A stretch of DNA of 64,000 nucleotides. Origin: Felis catus (Eukaryota). The stretch spans positions 115,012,001 to 115,076,000 of the forward strand of contig NC_058368.1 of NCBI RefSeq assembly GCF_018350175.1, in the 5' to 3' direction. Positions 25,368-36,970 of this stretch are shown piece by piece. Under the pieces are notes generated by a model. That model saw nothing but the letters and a program-made list of their open reading frames with translations. It ran no database searches and had not been told where the DNA came from. How positions within the stretch are numbered: the stretch's first letter is position 1; each line of letters starts with the position of its first letter. Both the position numbers and the translations under genes were made by a program.

Positions 25368-27649
25368 GTGAGTAACTGCATTTCAGACATTTTAACAGCT
25401 TCTTTCTTATCATTTGCTAAACTTGAGCAATGCATCATTCTGGAACTCAGCAGATGCGGTGGCAGTATATTAAAACCATGAATCTAAAAGCTGTTAGAAT
25501 GAGATATATTTAATTATGTTGTCTAAAATGACTTTTACTCGCAAGTTAGAGCCCAAACTTGGGCCAAGAAGGGGAGCTACTGTGAACTGGCTTTGATGAT
25601 TTAGTTTCAGGCAAACAGCTACCACACATAGGAGGCTTCTGGTAAGTTAGAGGGATACTACACAGAATAAAGGCTTTTCGGTTATTTGCAGAGAACGGAG
25701 TATTTCTTTAATGCAAGTTGAAGTTACTGTTCACATAGAATACGTTCTCTGTCCTCGAAGGGGTGGCAGGGAGGCAAGAGGCTCCTGGGGCCCCAGTGTG
25801 TTGAGACTAAGGAGGAGTGCGTGTGGCAGCCCCTTGAGAAACTACTAACCACTCTGTAATACAGCCCAGGGGCTGGTGCCAGGTCTCACAGCTATCTTTC
25901 CCTCGCAATTTCCCTAGCGATTGATCCCTCACATGCTGTTAGGAGTATGAACATATTGCTCTGGAAGCTGAGAGCAGGGAGAATTCTCACCAGGCCACCT
26001 GGGGGGGCCTGGGCCGGGCCCTCCTCTAGCTGCCCAGCCTGCCTGCTGCATACATGGCTATTGTGCCGTGTTGTCAGTGTGGTGGGGTCAGGGGAGTGTC
26101 ATTTACATGGTTTGCTCGTCCAGCCCTTCAAGCTAGGCAGGGATTCTGTCCCATTTTTTTTATCCTCTCAGCTTGGCATCCTGTAGAACCTAGTCAGACC
26201 GTCAGCTGGAAACAGAGGCCATTTCTCAGGCAGTTGCATCAGGCTGGACCCAGTTCGTATGCAGTGTAGAAATACTTGGGCAAGACTGTACCTCTGGGTA
26301 AGGAGGAAAGATAAATGTTCTTGGATTTCCTGGTTGGCTGCTGGCTGTTCCTACAGGTCCCAGGTCCCCTGGACGTGTTGGAGGTTGGGGGCAGGGAATT
26401 GGTTGTTCTTGCTTTCTCCATCCCTTCTTTCCTGTGCTCAAGAAGAATCCTGGCCTGGTTGAATAACAGGTTAAACCCAGCAGCTCTGTCTCAGTGCTGT
26501 GAAGGGATCCTAGGTCACATAAACCACTAGTAATGAACACAGCCCTATTATTCCAGAGCTCTTTTCCATACTGACAGACAGCTAGAAATAAAAAGAACAT
26601 TAATGATGAAAAGGAGTCATTGGGTGTCTGAGGTTAATGCTTTTGGGGCTTAAAGTGTGACAAAAACTGCGTACATGTCAGGAAATGCATGCAGATCCTA
26701 GAGTCCTGTTGTGGGAAAGCAGTCCTTAGAGCAGGCAGGCCTCATAGACTCCTCTTTTAGAGCTGTGTCTGTGAACAGGTGCCTCCTCATCCTCTTAAAA
26801 CAGAGGTGCTAGTGGTTGATGGTTTTAATTAGCTATAATGTAGATAGTGTGCCCAGCACAGGGCCTGGCAGTGGGGTAGCTGTGCTGGGCACCAGGATGG
26901 CCACAGCCCTGGCAGAGGCGTACACAGCCGCGTGTGCTAGAGCCAGGGCACAACTGAGGCCTGCGAGGCAGCTACACTGCAGGCCCTGGCTTACTGCTGT
27001 GCACTTGGACTCCATTCCTATTTGAATTCAAGAATCATCCTTCCATCCCCCAAGCCTCTCAGTCTTGTGTCTTGTCCTCCTCCTACCTCAGCTTGCCTTC
27101 CATAGTCACACCTGCTCTTTGTCATTTCCAGTGTCCAGTGTCCTTCTCTGCAGCCCCCACTGTCCAGAATGTGACAGTCCTCTGAGTCTTCCTCACCTGT
27201 CACCCTTACCCAACCACGCCTGTCTTTGCTTTGTTCCTTTTCTAGCTTTTTGCATCTCTGGTTAGTTAGTAGACTCTCTTTTGCCCCATTCACTTCCTTA
27301 TATGGCTTTGCACAATCCTATTCTCTTGAAATCCGCCATCTGCTAAGCCTGGTTGTAGAATAGGGCAGCTGCCCCTACTGTGGTCCCAGAACCAGGCAGC
27401 ATTGCCCCACAACCCTAGCATCCGAGAATGTTTCAGACCTTCCTGCTCGCCTCCCCCCCGCCCCCCCATGGGGCCTGGGGCTGTTTCCTTAGGGTGTGGA
27501 GGTGGTCTGGACATCCCGCCTGCCCCCTGCCAGGTCTCTGCCCATGTACAGCATACAGCACAGTGGCATTTCTCCCATCCGTCCTCCTCCTCCTTAGTCT
27601 GCTTTGTCCTCGTCTCTTCAGCTCCTTACCAGTGGCATGTCTGGTAGCA

Positions 27650-28600
27650 AAGCTGTCGGCTTCTTCTCTTCTCACACAGTCCTCATTCCCTTGGGGAAAA
27701 CATCCAGGGTGACTGTCCTGAGCTCCACACACAACCTTCTACTTTGCCTGCTCTCTCCGGCCACTGGATTACCTAACAAGCATCTGCTAATCTTTCACCC
27801 CGACCCTCCTCCACCCAGTCTTCATGGGTTAGTAGATGGCAACCTACCTTCCACTTGCTGAGGCCCAAACCTCGGATTTGCCCTTGATTCCTCTTGTTGT
27901 CTCAATTCCCACATCTCCTCTACCTTCACAATAAATAGAGCATCTGAGCACTGCTCCCACTCTGGTCCTGGCCACTAGCATCTCTTACCTGGATTCATGT
28001 ACCTGCCTCCCTATTCTCATCCCTTGAAGCCTAGTTTCACTCTCCACAGAGCAGCCCAAGTGATCCTTTCAAGTTTCAGTTAGGTCATGTTATCCACTGC
28101 TCAGCACCCTCCACAGGCTGGCTGTGGCTGGCATCAGTCCTTACACTAGCCCACAAGGCCTTCTAGAATTTCATCTGCTGCTGTTCTTCTGGGGCTGTAG
28201 TTGATCCTATAACCTGAGGGCAGTGAGCTCAGTCCTTCTGCCATGGCCTCCTTGCTCATCTGATTCCCCAGGTGAGCTCCTGCCTCTGGGCCTTGGTTGT
28301 GGTGACTCCCTCCTGCCAGGACACTCCTCCCCCAGGTACCTCCCATGCTCCCTGTTCACATGTCACCTTCTTAGGAAACCTTTCCTGACCACCCATATGA
28401 AATTACAATCCTTACTGCTTTATTGATTTGTATCACTGATCGCTTTCTGGTGTCTCATAAAATTCACCTTCTCATTTTGTTTATTGTCATTTCTCCCCTT
28501 AGAATATATGCAAGAGCAGGGATCTTTGTGTTAGTCATTTTGTACCTCCAAGGCCCAGAACAGTACTTGGCACACACGTACTCAGAATGAAAGAATAGAA
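27650..28600 (+). mobile_element. L2 LINE 3' fragment (boundaries approximate)
   Basis: Pyrimidine-rich L2-like body ending ...cagaacagtacttggcacac...gaatgaaagaat. Confidence 0.7.
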
Positions 28601-29774
28601 TGTATTTGGTTTTCTTGGCAAGAATAGTTCTTTGGTCTGTGATGGACTAGCCAGGGTGGAACAGAAGCAGAGATCTTATCAGGAGGCCTTCCTTGGAGAA
28701 CGCTCCTTCACAGGCCATTCTAAATGGCCCAGGGTGGTGTACTGTTTCACACTGCCAAGTCAGAGAAACTCTAGGATCTTGCATTCATGTGTTCCTTCCA
28801 GCTTGCTGGTGCCTGGGGTGACTGCCGCTGTCCTTACCTCATCCCATTGAGGGAAAGGCTCAGCCTTTGCATGTGTACAAACCCAAGATAGTTTTGGCCA
28901 GGCCAGATGCTTCCTCACCCATCCTCTCTTTTGAGCCTCACAGCGAGCCCTTGGGCTGGGCTTGGATTAGGTCCTGGTGCAGATGAGGGACTCCCCTCAG
29001 TGCCCTCCTGTCACAGGCCGGCCAGCTGGGCCAAGAGCCAACCCCAGCTGTTATGCCTGCTGCCCTGTTACTGATAACTTCCAGAAGACAACATTATGTT
29101 TCAAGTCAGCAGCTAATCATCGGAGGCTGGAGGTTGTGCAAAATAAGAATTTTATTCCATAATTAAAGCAAACAGCTGGGACTGGTATTCAGGACCTCTG
29201 GTATATACTCAGACCTCACCTGCCATATTCTTTTTGCTTTGATCAAAGTCAAACAAAAAAAACCATAAAAATACATTGCCTATTTGTACTCCTCAAAGCA
29301 GTATCCTAAGAGAAAGCCTAGCATGAGTTCATTCACTAATTTTCTTTTTGTCATAAAATGAGAAGGTTAGAAGAATCTGCTAATGTTTGGTACTTCTCTT
29401 TTCACTACAGTACCTTTTCTACCCAAGATAATTCTCACCTTTGTGTTAGGATACAAGTGTTAGAGGAGTACATTATGTCAAATAGAGTCCTGACTCTGGT
29501 GAAAGTTGAAGCCCTAACCTCCCATAAAGCAAGCCCTAGACTCTTTGGGAATTGTTGATGTGGTACCTTCACCTGGTGATTGTGGGACCAGACACCCCAC
29601 ATGTGCATTAGTGAGGCCACGGTCTTGGACAAAGAATTTTAACTACATCGCTGGAACATGGCACATGAAAATCCAGAATTCTGGGTGTTCATACATTGGG
29701 CCCAGAGGCTTGGAATAGCTGAAGGCCAAAGGCCCAGGGTTGTGTCTGACTTGTACTTTCTGTGTTGATGGTAG

Positions 29775-29885
29775 ACCCCTGAGGAACTGGATGATTCTGA
29801 CTTCGAGACAGAAGACTTTGATGTCAGAAGTAGGACAAGTGTCCAGACAGAAGATGATCAACTGATTGCTGGCCAGAGTGCCCGG
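29775..29885 (+). CDS. CTNNA1: Catenin alpha-1 coding exon (exon 14 equivalent; phospho-linker), 111 nt
   Basis: Acceptor gttgatggtag| and donor CGG|gtaagg. Manual translation gives TPEELDDSDFETEDFDVRSRTSVQTEDDQLIAGQSAR. Confidence 0.97.
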
Positions 29886-30991
29886 GTAAGGGACAAGTTT
29901 GACTTGTTTTCCCTGTCCCTCTGGGAATTTGGCTTTTTCTCTTCCAGGAAAACACTCTTGATTTTGAGAACACCATTTTCCCACTCTTTCTCTGGCAGCA
30001 GGACTCAAGTTAACCTAAGTTGTGGCACATGCTAGTCAGATATAGGTTCCTCCAGAATGTCTCCTCAGCTGGGAGCAGAGAAGAACATGGCACTGTGCCT
30101 CAGCTGTGCCCTGGGGCTTTGGTTTATGACAGAGCCCTGCATCAGGAAAGCCCTAGATCCAGTCAATGTAATGTTTGTTAAAAAGGATTGTGAAATTCGA
30201 AAAAGATTGCTGTCTTTGCCCATATCAATGCTACCATGGGTATAAACGATTTAATTATTCATGGGTTAAAAAAAAACAACAGTGGTACATTCAAGAAAAT
30301 CATTCAGAGCCATTGCATTCATTTGAGTCATTAAATCTTCAATCAATAGCATTTATGTTTTTGGGAGGATGCCAAGAAATATTTCTATGGAGTCTTTTTC
30401 CCCTCCTTAGAAATTATTTTGAACAGCGAATGCATCCTTGCTTTGGGCCCCACTCCATCATGAGCACTTGGGGAAGCTGAGTGGGGAGAAGCCCAAGGCT
30501 TAGGAGTCTGTGGACCTTGAGGTGGGCACCAGGCCTCCAGGTGCTGCTTTGATAAGGTTTAAATGCCATGTCAAGTAACTAAAAGTAGCAGCACCGGAAA
30601 TGCCCAGTCAGGACCCACAAGGCAAAGGGTTCCATGCATCAGCCCCTTCTCTTAAGTCCTCTCCCCATGGCAGCAGGCAGAGGATAAAATTCTAAAGAAT
30701 TAAGTTAAGCAGGTTCTGTTCCTATACAGGTGTGATCTCCAACCTTCCCTATTAGCCTTCTAATCCCTCACACTGTGTTTTCCTCCACACAAAAACTTAA
30801 AAGTGGGTCGGAAATTCAGGCTGCTGTAAACTTCTCAAAATAAGAAGAAATGGACCTTTAGGCAAAATGAAACCTATTAAAGTATTATCCTACCTGTGTC
30901 ATAGATTGCTTGGTAGAAATATTTGTGGCTAATGCACTGTGAGAACTTCATATTCTCTTTATGTAAGAGCTTTCTGTGCTTCTGATTTCAG

Positions 30992-31173
30992 GCGATCATG
31001 GCTCAGCTTCCCCAGGAGCAAAAAGCAAAGATTGCAGAACAGGTGGCCAGCTTCCAGGAAGAAAAGAGCAAGCTGGATGCTGAAGTGTCCAAATGGGACG
31101 ACAGTGGTAATGACATCATCGTGCTGGCCAAGCAGATGTGCATGATCATGATGGAGATGACGGACTTCACCCG
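30992..31173 (+). CDS. CTNNA1: Catenin alpha-1 coding exon (exon 15 equivalent), 182 nt
   Basis: Acceptor tctgatttcag| and donor CCG|gtgagc. Encodes AIMAQLPQEQKAKIAEQVASFQEEKSKLDAEVSKWDDSGNDIIVLAKQMCMIMMEMTDFT(R), the start of the actin-binding domain. Confidence 0.98.
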
Positions 31174-31291
31174 GTGAGCCGTGCCCGCCCCCCACCAATT
31201 GCACGGAGGGGAGCACTAGGCTACTTGCAGAAAATCTTACTTTTCTGTTCATCTTCAGCTACATACAATGATCCTTATGCTTTTTTGTCAG

Positions 31292-31397
31292 AGGTAAAGG
31301 ACCGCTCAAAAATACATCAGATGTGATCAGTGCCGCCAAGAAAATTGCTGAGGCGGGATCCAGGATGGATAAGCTCGGCAGAACCATTGCAGACCAC
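31292..31397 (+). CDS. CTNNA1: Catenin alpha-1 coding exon (exon 16 equivalent), 106 nt
   Basis: Acceptor ttttttgtcag| and donor CAC|gtgagt. Encodes GKGPLKNTSDVISAAKKIAEAGSRMDKLGRTIADH. Preceded by a 118-nt intron. Confidence 0.98.
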
Positions 31398-31801
31398 GTG
31401 AGTGACAGGCTTGCTTCTTGGGTTCCTGAATTCATCACGGGACTGAGGGAGCCCAGCCAGGTCCATCCCAAGGTGGTGGTGACAAGATTTTTCTTGGAAC
31501 ACAGCACTCTGCTCCTCTCTAAAACTGTTCTTAACTCGTCAACCTGCTTGGTTAATACCAACATAGATTTTTAAGGATATCTGAATTCCTCTTTTTTCTT
31601 TGCCATGTCTTAGCAGGCAGGCAGGACCAACTTGCATTAGAGCACCTCTTTGGAGCAGATATGTGTGTCCTGCCAGTCATTACTGTGCAATGCTATTGCT
31701 TCTCTCTTTTCCTGCAGACCTTCAGCCTGGGGCAAGAGCTGCTTCTGTGGATCCTCACACACTGAATGAGCCTAGATAGACTTCTGCACTGCTTGTTCTT
31801 A

Positions 31802-32275
31802 TTTATTTATTTATTTATTTTTTAAAATTTACATCCAAATTAGCATATAGTGCAACAGTGATTTCAGGAGGAGATTCCTTAATGCCCCTTACCCATTTAG
31901 CCCATCCCCCCTCCCACAACTCCTCTAGTAACCCCCAGTTTGCTCTCCATATTTGAGTCTCCTCTGTTTTGTCCCCCTCCCTATTTGTATATTATTTTTG
32001 TTTCCTTTCCCTTATGTTCATGTTTTGTCTCTTAAAGTTCTCATTTGAGTGAAGTCATAGGAATTTTGTCTTTCTCTAATCTCCCTTAGCATAATAATAC
32101 CCTCCAGTTCCATCCACGTAGTTGCAAATGATAAGATTCCTTTCTTTTTGATTGCCGAGTCATATTCCATTGTATATATATACACCACATCTTCTTTATC
32201 CATTCACCCATTGATGGACATTTAGGCTCTTTCCATACTTTGGCTATTGTTGAAAATGCTGCTGTAAACATTGGG
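31802..32275 (-). mobile_element. 5'-truncated carnivore L1 3' end, antisense in CTNNA1 intron 16
   Basis: ORF2 C-terminal peptide HPMFTAAFSTIAKVWKEPKCPSMGEWIKKMW and a (TTTA)n tail. 17-bp TSD TGCACTGCTTGTTCTTA at 31785-31801 and 32276-32292. Confidence 0.95.
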
Positions 32276-33396
32276 TGCACTGCTTGTTCTTAACCACTGA
32301 GCCTTCGTCTCTTTTCCTTTGTCAGAAAATGTGGTTCCTATTTCCTCATTTACAGCACATTTCCCTGGATGCTCTAAGATTTACCAATGGGGACCGTGTT
32401 TGCATATTATAGTTTTTCTCCACAGATCCAGACCCGCCTCCCCACCCCTCATCAGCCACTTTTCCTTGAAGCATCTAGGCTATAGGATGAATGGTAGTGG
32501 TTCCTCACCACCCAAGCCAAAGATTTAGAAGCCATTTTTGACTCACCTCTTTCATGAAATCCAGGACTAAGCCCTGGTGCTTCTCCTGGCCACACTTAAT
32601 TGTGACAACATCCAGTGTTTTCCTTTCTGCAACCACCAGTTCAGCCCAAACCTCCACGGCCTATATCTGGACTGCTGTGGCCTGTCCCCACCGATGCTGC
32701 CATCCACTCCCTTCTGCACACAGCCACCAACACCATCTTTTTGTAGCATCATCTTAACGTGCAGATCAGATATGGCTCTGTGCTTCCTCAGTAGCTTCTT
32801 AGAAGAAAATGCAGAAGCTCCAGCATGGTCCGTAGGCCTATTTTATACCACCTGCTGACTCTGCACTCCAGCCTCACAGGAGGGAAGCATTTGCCGTAAA
32901 CATTTGAGAGAGGTGCTCTATTTCAATGTTGGGATGAAACCTCCTAAAGTCACCCTGAGCTTAGGCAGCAAGACAGGAATTGGGCTGCCCTTGAGTTTCT
33001 CTGTGACTGGTCAAGACCTCACCATCCCCAGGTATTCTTTTTCTCACTTTGGTTTACTCATCCTCCATCTTTGCCTCAAGTGAACATTTCCTTTTATCAG
33101 ATGTTTATAGTTTTCATCACAGTTTTGACCACATAAAGCGCCCCTAGCAGAAGAGCTATTCGGATAGTTATTATGTAGCTCCAAGCACTCTTGTCTCCAG
33201 AACCAGGCTTTTGCTGCTGAGGTTTTTTTCTCACCTTGAGGGGCATGGGCCCTGCAGAGAGCAGTTTAGGGCTGGATAACTCATGTCTCTTGCCCTTTAC
33301 TCCAGCAAGGAGAGAGGCGTCATGTTGGTGGCACCTGGGGGTGGGATGTGTTAGGGCCTGGAACTCTCAGGGCTGAACCTGCTGCTCTTCCTTCAG

Positions 33397-33531
33397 TGCC
33401 CCGACTCAGCCTGCAAGCAGGACTTGCTGGCCTACCTGCAGCGTATCGCCCTCTACTGCCACCAGCTCAACATCTGCAGCAAAGTCAAGGCTGAGGTACA
33501 GAATCTCGGTGGAGAGCTCGTTGTCTCTGGG
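33397..33531 (+). CDS. CTNNA1: Catenin alpha-1 coding exon (exon 17 equivalent), 135 nt
   Basis: Acceptor ctcttccttcag| and donor GGG|gtaagt. Encodes CPDSACKQDLLAYLQRIALYCHQLNICSKVKAEVQNLGGELVVSG. Confidence 0.98.
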
Positions 33532-34408
33532 GTAAGTTTTATCCATGGAACGAAGTGATTGTTGGTAATATGCTGGCCTTTTTCCAAAATGAAAGTAGCC
33601 TCCTGTCCGCACACACTCCTTAGCTGCCCAGCAACTGGGAAAGTGTGTTGTGGTGGAGCCCATGGTGGCAGTGCCCTGCTGAACTGCAGTGTTATTAGGC
33701 ATGGTGCAGTTGGTGACGGCTGGGAGCCATTACAGGGCTGGCCTCTTGCTGGGATAAAGTATTTTTACCTTCCTTGCTGTTCTTCCCCCAGAAAGGAATT
33801 GAACCTGTTCAAAAATGCCAAGATTATATAGATATGCTTTCTTAGACTTTCTCCACCCTTCTCATTTGAGTATTATCTCTTCCCTTGTCCGTTCCCCATG
33901 CCACAGTTCTGGACCCCTTGTCACATTGGGCAGGGCAAAGAGGATGTCTTGCTTGACTTGCTGGGCTCCATAGATTCCCTGTAGCTTCTGCTAATCTCCT
34001 GGGATTTCATTTTCAAAGAACTACTTTGTATGTGGGGCATATTGGTGCCCCCGCGTGTGGGGAGCTTGTATCCATACTGAGAGAGGAAATGCCCCGGATC
34101 ATGACTGAAAAAGCATCCTCGTCAGTGCTGGTGGTTACAGCTCTGCAATCAGTTAGAAAGAGACCATCTTCCTCCAGCTTCCTAGAGTGAATAAAGATTT
34201 GTTGAAAGGGGGGGATGGCACCTTATGTTTTTTGATTCTACTCCCTTTACTTCCAAATGGCTGAAACCTATGTATTTTCAGGTTTTTTGGGTAAGGTCAG
34301 TAGCCACTGGCAGAGCTAATCAGGAACACAGCTATTGCCTAGGCCCCTGGTGCACACGGGGCTGAAGGTCAGACTTGTGTTCCTCACTGCCCCGTCTGTG
34401 CCTCTTAG

Positions 34409-34696
34409 GTGGACAGCGCCATGTCCCTGATCCAGGCTGCCAAGAACTTGATGAACGCGGTAGTGCAGACGGTGAAGGCATCCTATGTGGCCTCCACCAA
34501 ATACCAGAAGTCTCAGGGTATGGCTTCCCTCAACCTTCCAGCTGTTTCGTGGAAGATGAAGGCACCTGAGAAAAAGCCCTTGGTGAAGAGAGAGAAACAG
34601 GATGAGACACAAACCAAGATTAAACGGGCATCTCAGAAGAAGCATGTGAACCCTGTGCAGGCCCTCAGCGAGTTCAAAGCCATGGACAGCATCTAG
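34409..34696 (+). CDS. CTNNA1: Catenin alpha-1 last coding exon (exon 18 equivalent), 288 nt to TAG
   Basis: Acceptor gtgcctcttag|GTG. Encodes VDSAMSLIQAAKNLMNAVVQTVKASYVASTKYQK...LSEFKAMDSI*. The AMDSI end is typical of alpha-E-catenin. The nine exons sum to 1425 nt in one open frame. Confidence 0.98.
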   Translation: MDSAMSLIQAAKNLMNAVVQTVKASYVASTKYQKSQGMASLNLPAVSWKMKAPEKKPLVKREKQDETQTKIKRASQKKHVNPVQALSEFKAMDSI

Positions 34697-34927
34697 GGCC
34701 ACCCTGCCCAGCTGCCCCCACTCTTTGGGGCTTCTAAAGATCAGTCACGGCTCTTCACTCAAATGTATTTGCTAAATAGAACACTGATGTTAGATTCCAC
34801 AGAGAAATAGGCAGATTTTAAACCTGGCCAGGTGGTGAATTTTTGGCAAGGAATACTTGTGTTTAAATTGGTTAAAAATACTTTTGGAATTCAGGAGCTT
34901 ATTTCTAGCTATATTTTTATAAGGTTA

Positions 34928-34939
34928 AATAAAAATAAA
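34928..34939 (+). terminator. Tandem AATAAA-AATAAA, candidate proximal poly(A) signal of CTNNA1
   Basis: AATAAA at 34928-34933 and 34934-34939. Confidence 0.55.
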
Positions 34940-35336
34940 AATTCCATAACCAAAGAGAAACTCACATTAACTTGTTAGTGATACTCTTGACTGAGTTCTC
35001 AGTGTGGCATTGGGGTTTGAGATGCCGTATTGGAGTCAACCTGGGTTCAGTGAGGGGGCCTCCACCAAGTCCTGGGTTCCGGGGGGGGTGCGTAGGGAGG
35101 GGGGGGGAGTTGGCTGGTATCACATGACCAGACATGTTCCAGTGTAAACTACCTGGGCATCTTAGGAAGGTGTGCCGGGAGAAGGAACGTTCCCAGAAAG
35201 GTCTTGGAGGGACAAGCCACATGAAGCTCAGTAAAACGTAATGTATCATGAAGAAAACTGATTACTCTCTTTATGACATGAAATGAGAATTTTAATGCCT
35301 GGTTACAATTACTAATGTACTCTGCTGCAGGACATT

Positions 35337-35342
35337 AATAAA
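35337..35342 (+). terminator. AATAAA, candidate intermediate poly(A) signal of CTNNA1
   Basis: AATAAA followed by a U-rich tract, with TGTA upstream near 35316. Confidence 0.5.
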
Positions 35343-35633
35343 GTTGCTTTTTTTCAGACTAGAATGTTGTGATGCCCTAATCAGAACATGCTTTTTTTTT
35401 TCCCTTTCCTCAGCTTCAAATGCAAATTCATCATTGGGCTCACTTCTAGTAATTGCAGTGTTTCCTGCCTTGGGCTTTGCAACAGAAGCCTGACAAAATA
35501 GTGTTTGCTTAGGCAATAATTTAGACTTTACCTTATTTGTGATTACTACAGCGATTACTATAGCTATGAGGTATAATTTTACTGTCTTATTTAAATTTTA
35601 TTAATCTGAATGTTTTTTACACTAACTTTTCCC

Positions 35634-35639
35634 AATAAA
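35634..35639 (+). terminator. Distal poly(A) signal of CTNNA1
   Basis: AATAAA with AU-rich upstream sequence and a GU/U-rich element near 35672. Confidence 0.8.
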
Positions 35640-36482
35640 GTCCACTATGAAACCAAGTCTAAGAGGCCAAAGTTGTTTTCTTTGCCTCCCAGAGGAGTTG
35701 GGTTTTACATTAAACATCTCTTAGATTTGCCCACAGTATCTGTGGTGCTCCCAGCCCTGCTGGTATCCCTGTGCTCAGGGCAGAGTGTTACCCAACACGG
35801 GAAACTACCTGTGGCTCCAGGCTGTGAGGTGTGTGGGCGTGGCCTTGTAGTTTCTGTGGCAGCCTACTAGGGAAGGACTCACCCTCCTTAGGAACTCCCT
35901 TGTTCAAGCTTCAGGTGCAGGTCAAAACCCTGGAGCCATCCATGTCTGCTCTGAAATGTCCTACCAGCTTATAACTGTGGTAACAGCTGCCCTGTCCCTT
36001 CCCAGCACACAGTCCCCAAGTCCTCTTCCTCACTTCCATTCCAGTCAGCTATGTCCCCACCACTCTGGTACCGTCTATTCTACCACCAGATGCAGTGGCT
36101 CTTTGTCTCATCAATGTCACCATATAAGTGGGCCAGGTGGACGCTTCCGCCCACCCGCCCCACGCCCCTCACTTGACTTCTAGAACACCTGACTTTGGTC
36201 TTGTCCTCCTTACCGGCTCCTCTTCCTCGTTGTTCAAAGTTGTGCAGTCCCAGGGCTCAGGAGCTGGGCTGCTTCTCTCTCTGGCTCTGCTTTTTCTGAT
36301 CTTAACCACGCTCCTGGCTTTAAATACCAAATGCTAACTTCTCTCAGAACTTGACTCTTGAACTCTCCACTTGGATGTCTTCATCAGTATCTGAAACTTG
36401 AGCTGTCCGAATTCTTTAAAATGTAGGCGGGTCCAACGGATACTGCTTCTGTTACTATCACCTGGTCTAAGCTGTCATCACT

Positions 36483-36970
36483 GTGTGAATTATTGTGTAA
36501 AAATTTCACCAAAACTTAGTAGCTAAAGCAACACTCATTTCAGTTTCTGTCCAGAATCCAGGAGTAGCTTAGTGGGAGGGTCTGACTTGGGATCTCATGA
36601 AGCTGCAATGTCTGAGGGCTTGACAGACTAGGGGCTCTGCTTCTGGGCTCCTTCACGTAGCAGTTGGCAGAAGGCCTCACTCACCCCATGCCACGTGGGC
36701 CTTCCCATACAACAGCTCACAACATGGTAGCTGGCTTCCCCCAGAGGGAATGATCCAGAGAAAGTGGCAGCCAGAAAAGATAATGGCAACCAGATGGAAG
36801 CTGCAGTGCTTTTTTTTTTTAAACTTGATCTCAAAAAAAGTGATAAATCATCACTTCCACTGTATTTTGTTGGTCACACAGACCGCCCCCCACCCAGATG
36901 CACTGTGACAGGGACAGCACCCGGGGGCAAATGCCAGGAGCTGGGCTCCCACAGTCCTCTGTACCAGGAC
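36483..36970 (-). mobile_element. MLT1-type LTR within L2-like fragments (boundaries approximate)
   Basis: caccaaaacttagtagctaaagcaac...tcacaacatggtagctggcttccccc resembles MLT1 in reverse. Confidence 0.65.

Larger units (their letters stand above)
34697..35660 (+). other. CTNNA1: CTNNA1 3' UTR (end approximate)
   Basis: Follows the stop codon and resembles the human CTNNA1 3' UTR as recalled. Ends shortly after cccAATAAAgtccactatgaaacc, with a GU/U-rich tract (gttgttttctttg) downstream. Confidence 0.85.

Noticed and set aside
31286..31300. CAG-AG|GTAAAG at the start of exon 16 as a recursive splice site
   Set aside because: The upstream intron is only 118 nt and the bases are explained by the Arg-Gly-Lys codons.
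34343..34408. Upstream alternative acceptor giving an in-frame insert before the last CTNNA1 exon, like the reported longer alpha-E-catenin isoform
   Set aside because: The 66-nt extension ends in the acceptor TAG, which is an in-frame stop. I found no convincing match to the recalled insert peptide.
34316..34702. 128-aa antisense ORF over the last CTNNA1 exon (likewise 30959-31252 and 25169-25438)
   Set aside because: Antisense shadows of real coding sequence.
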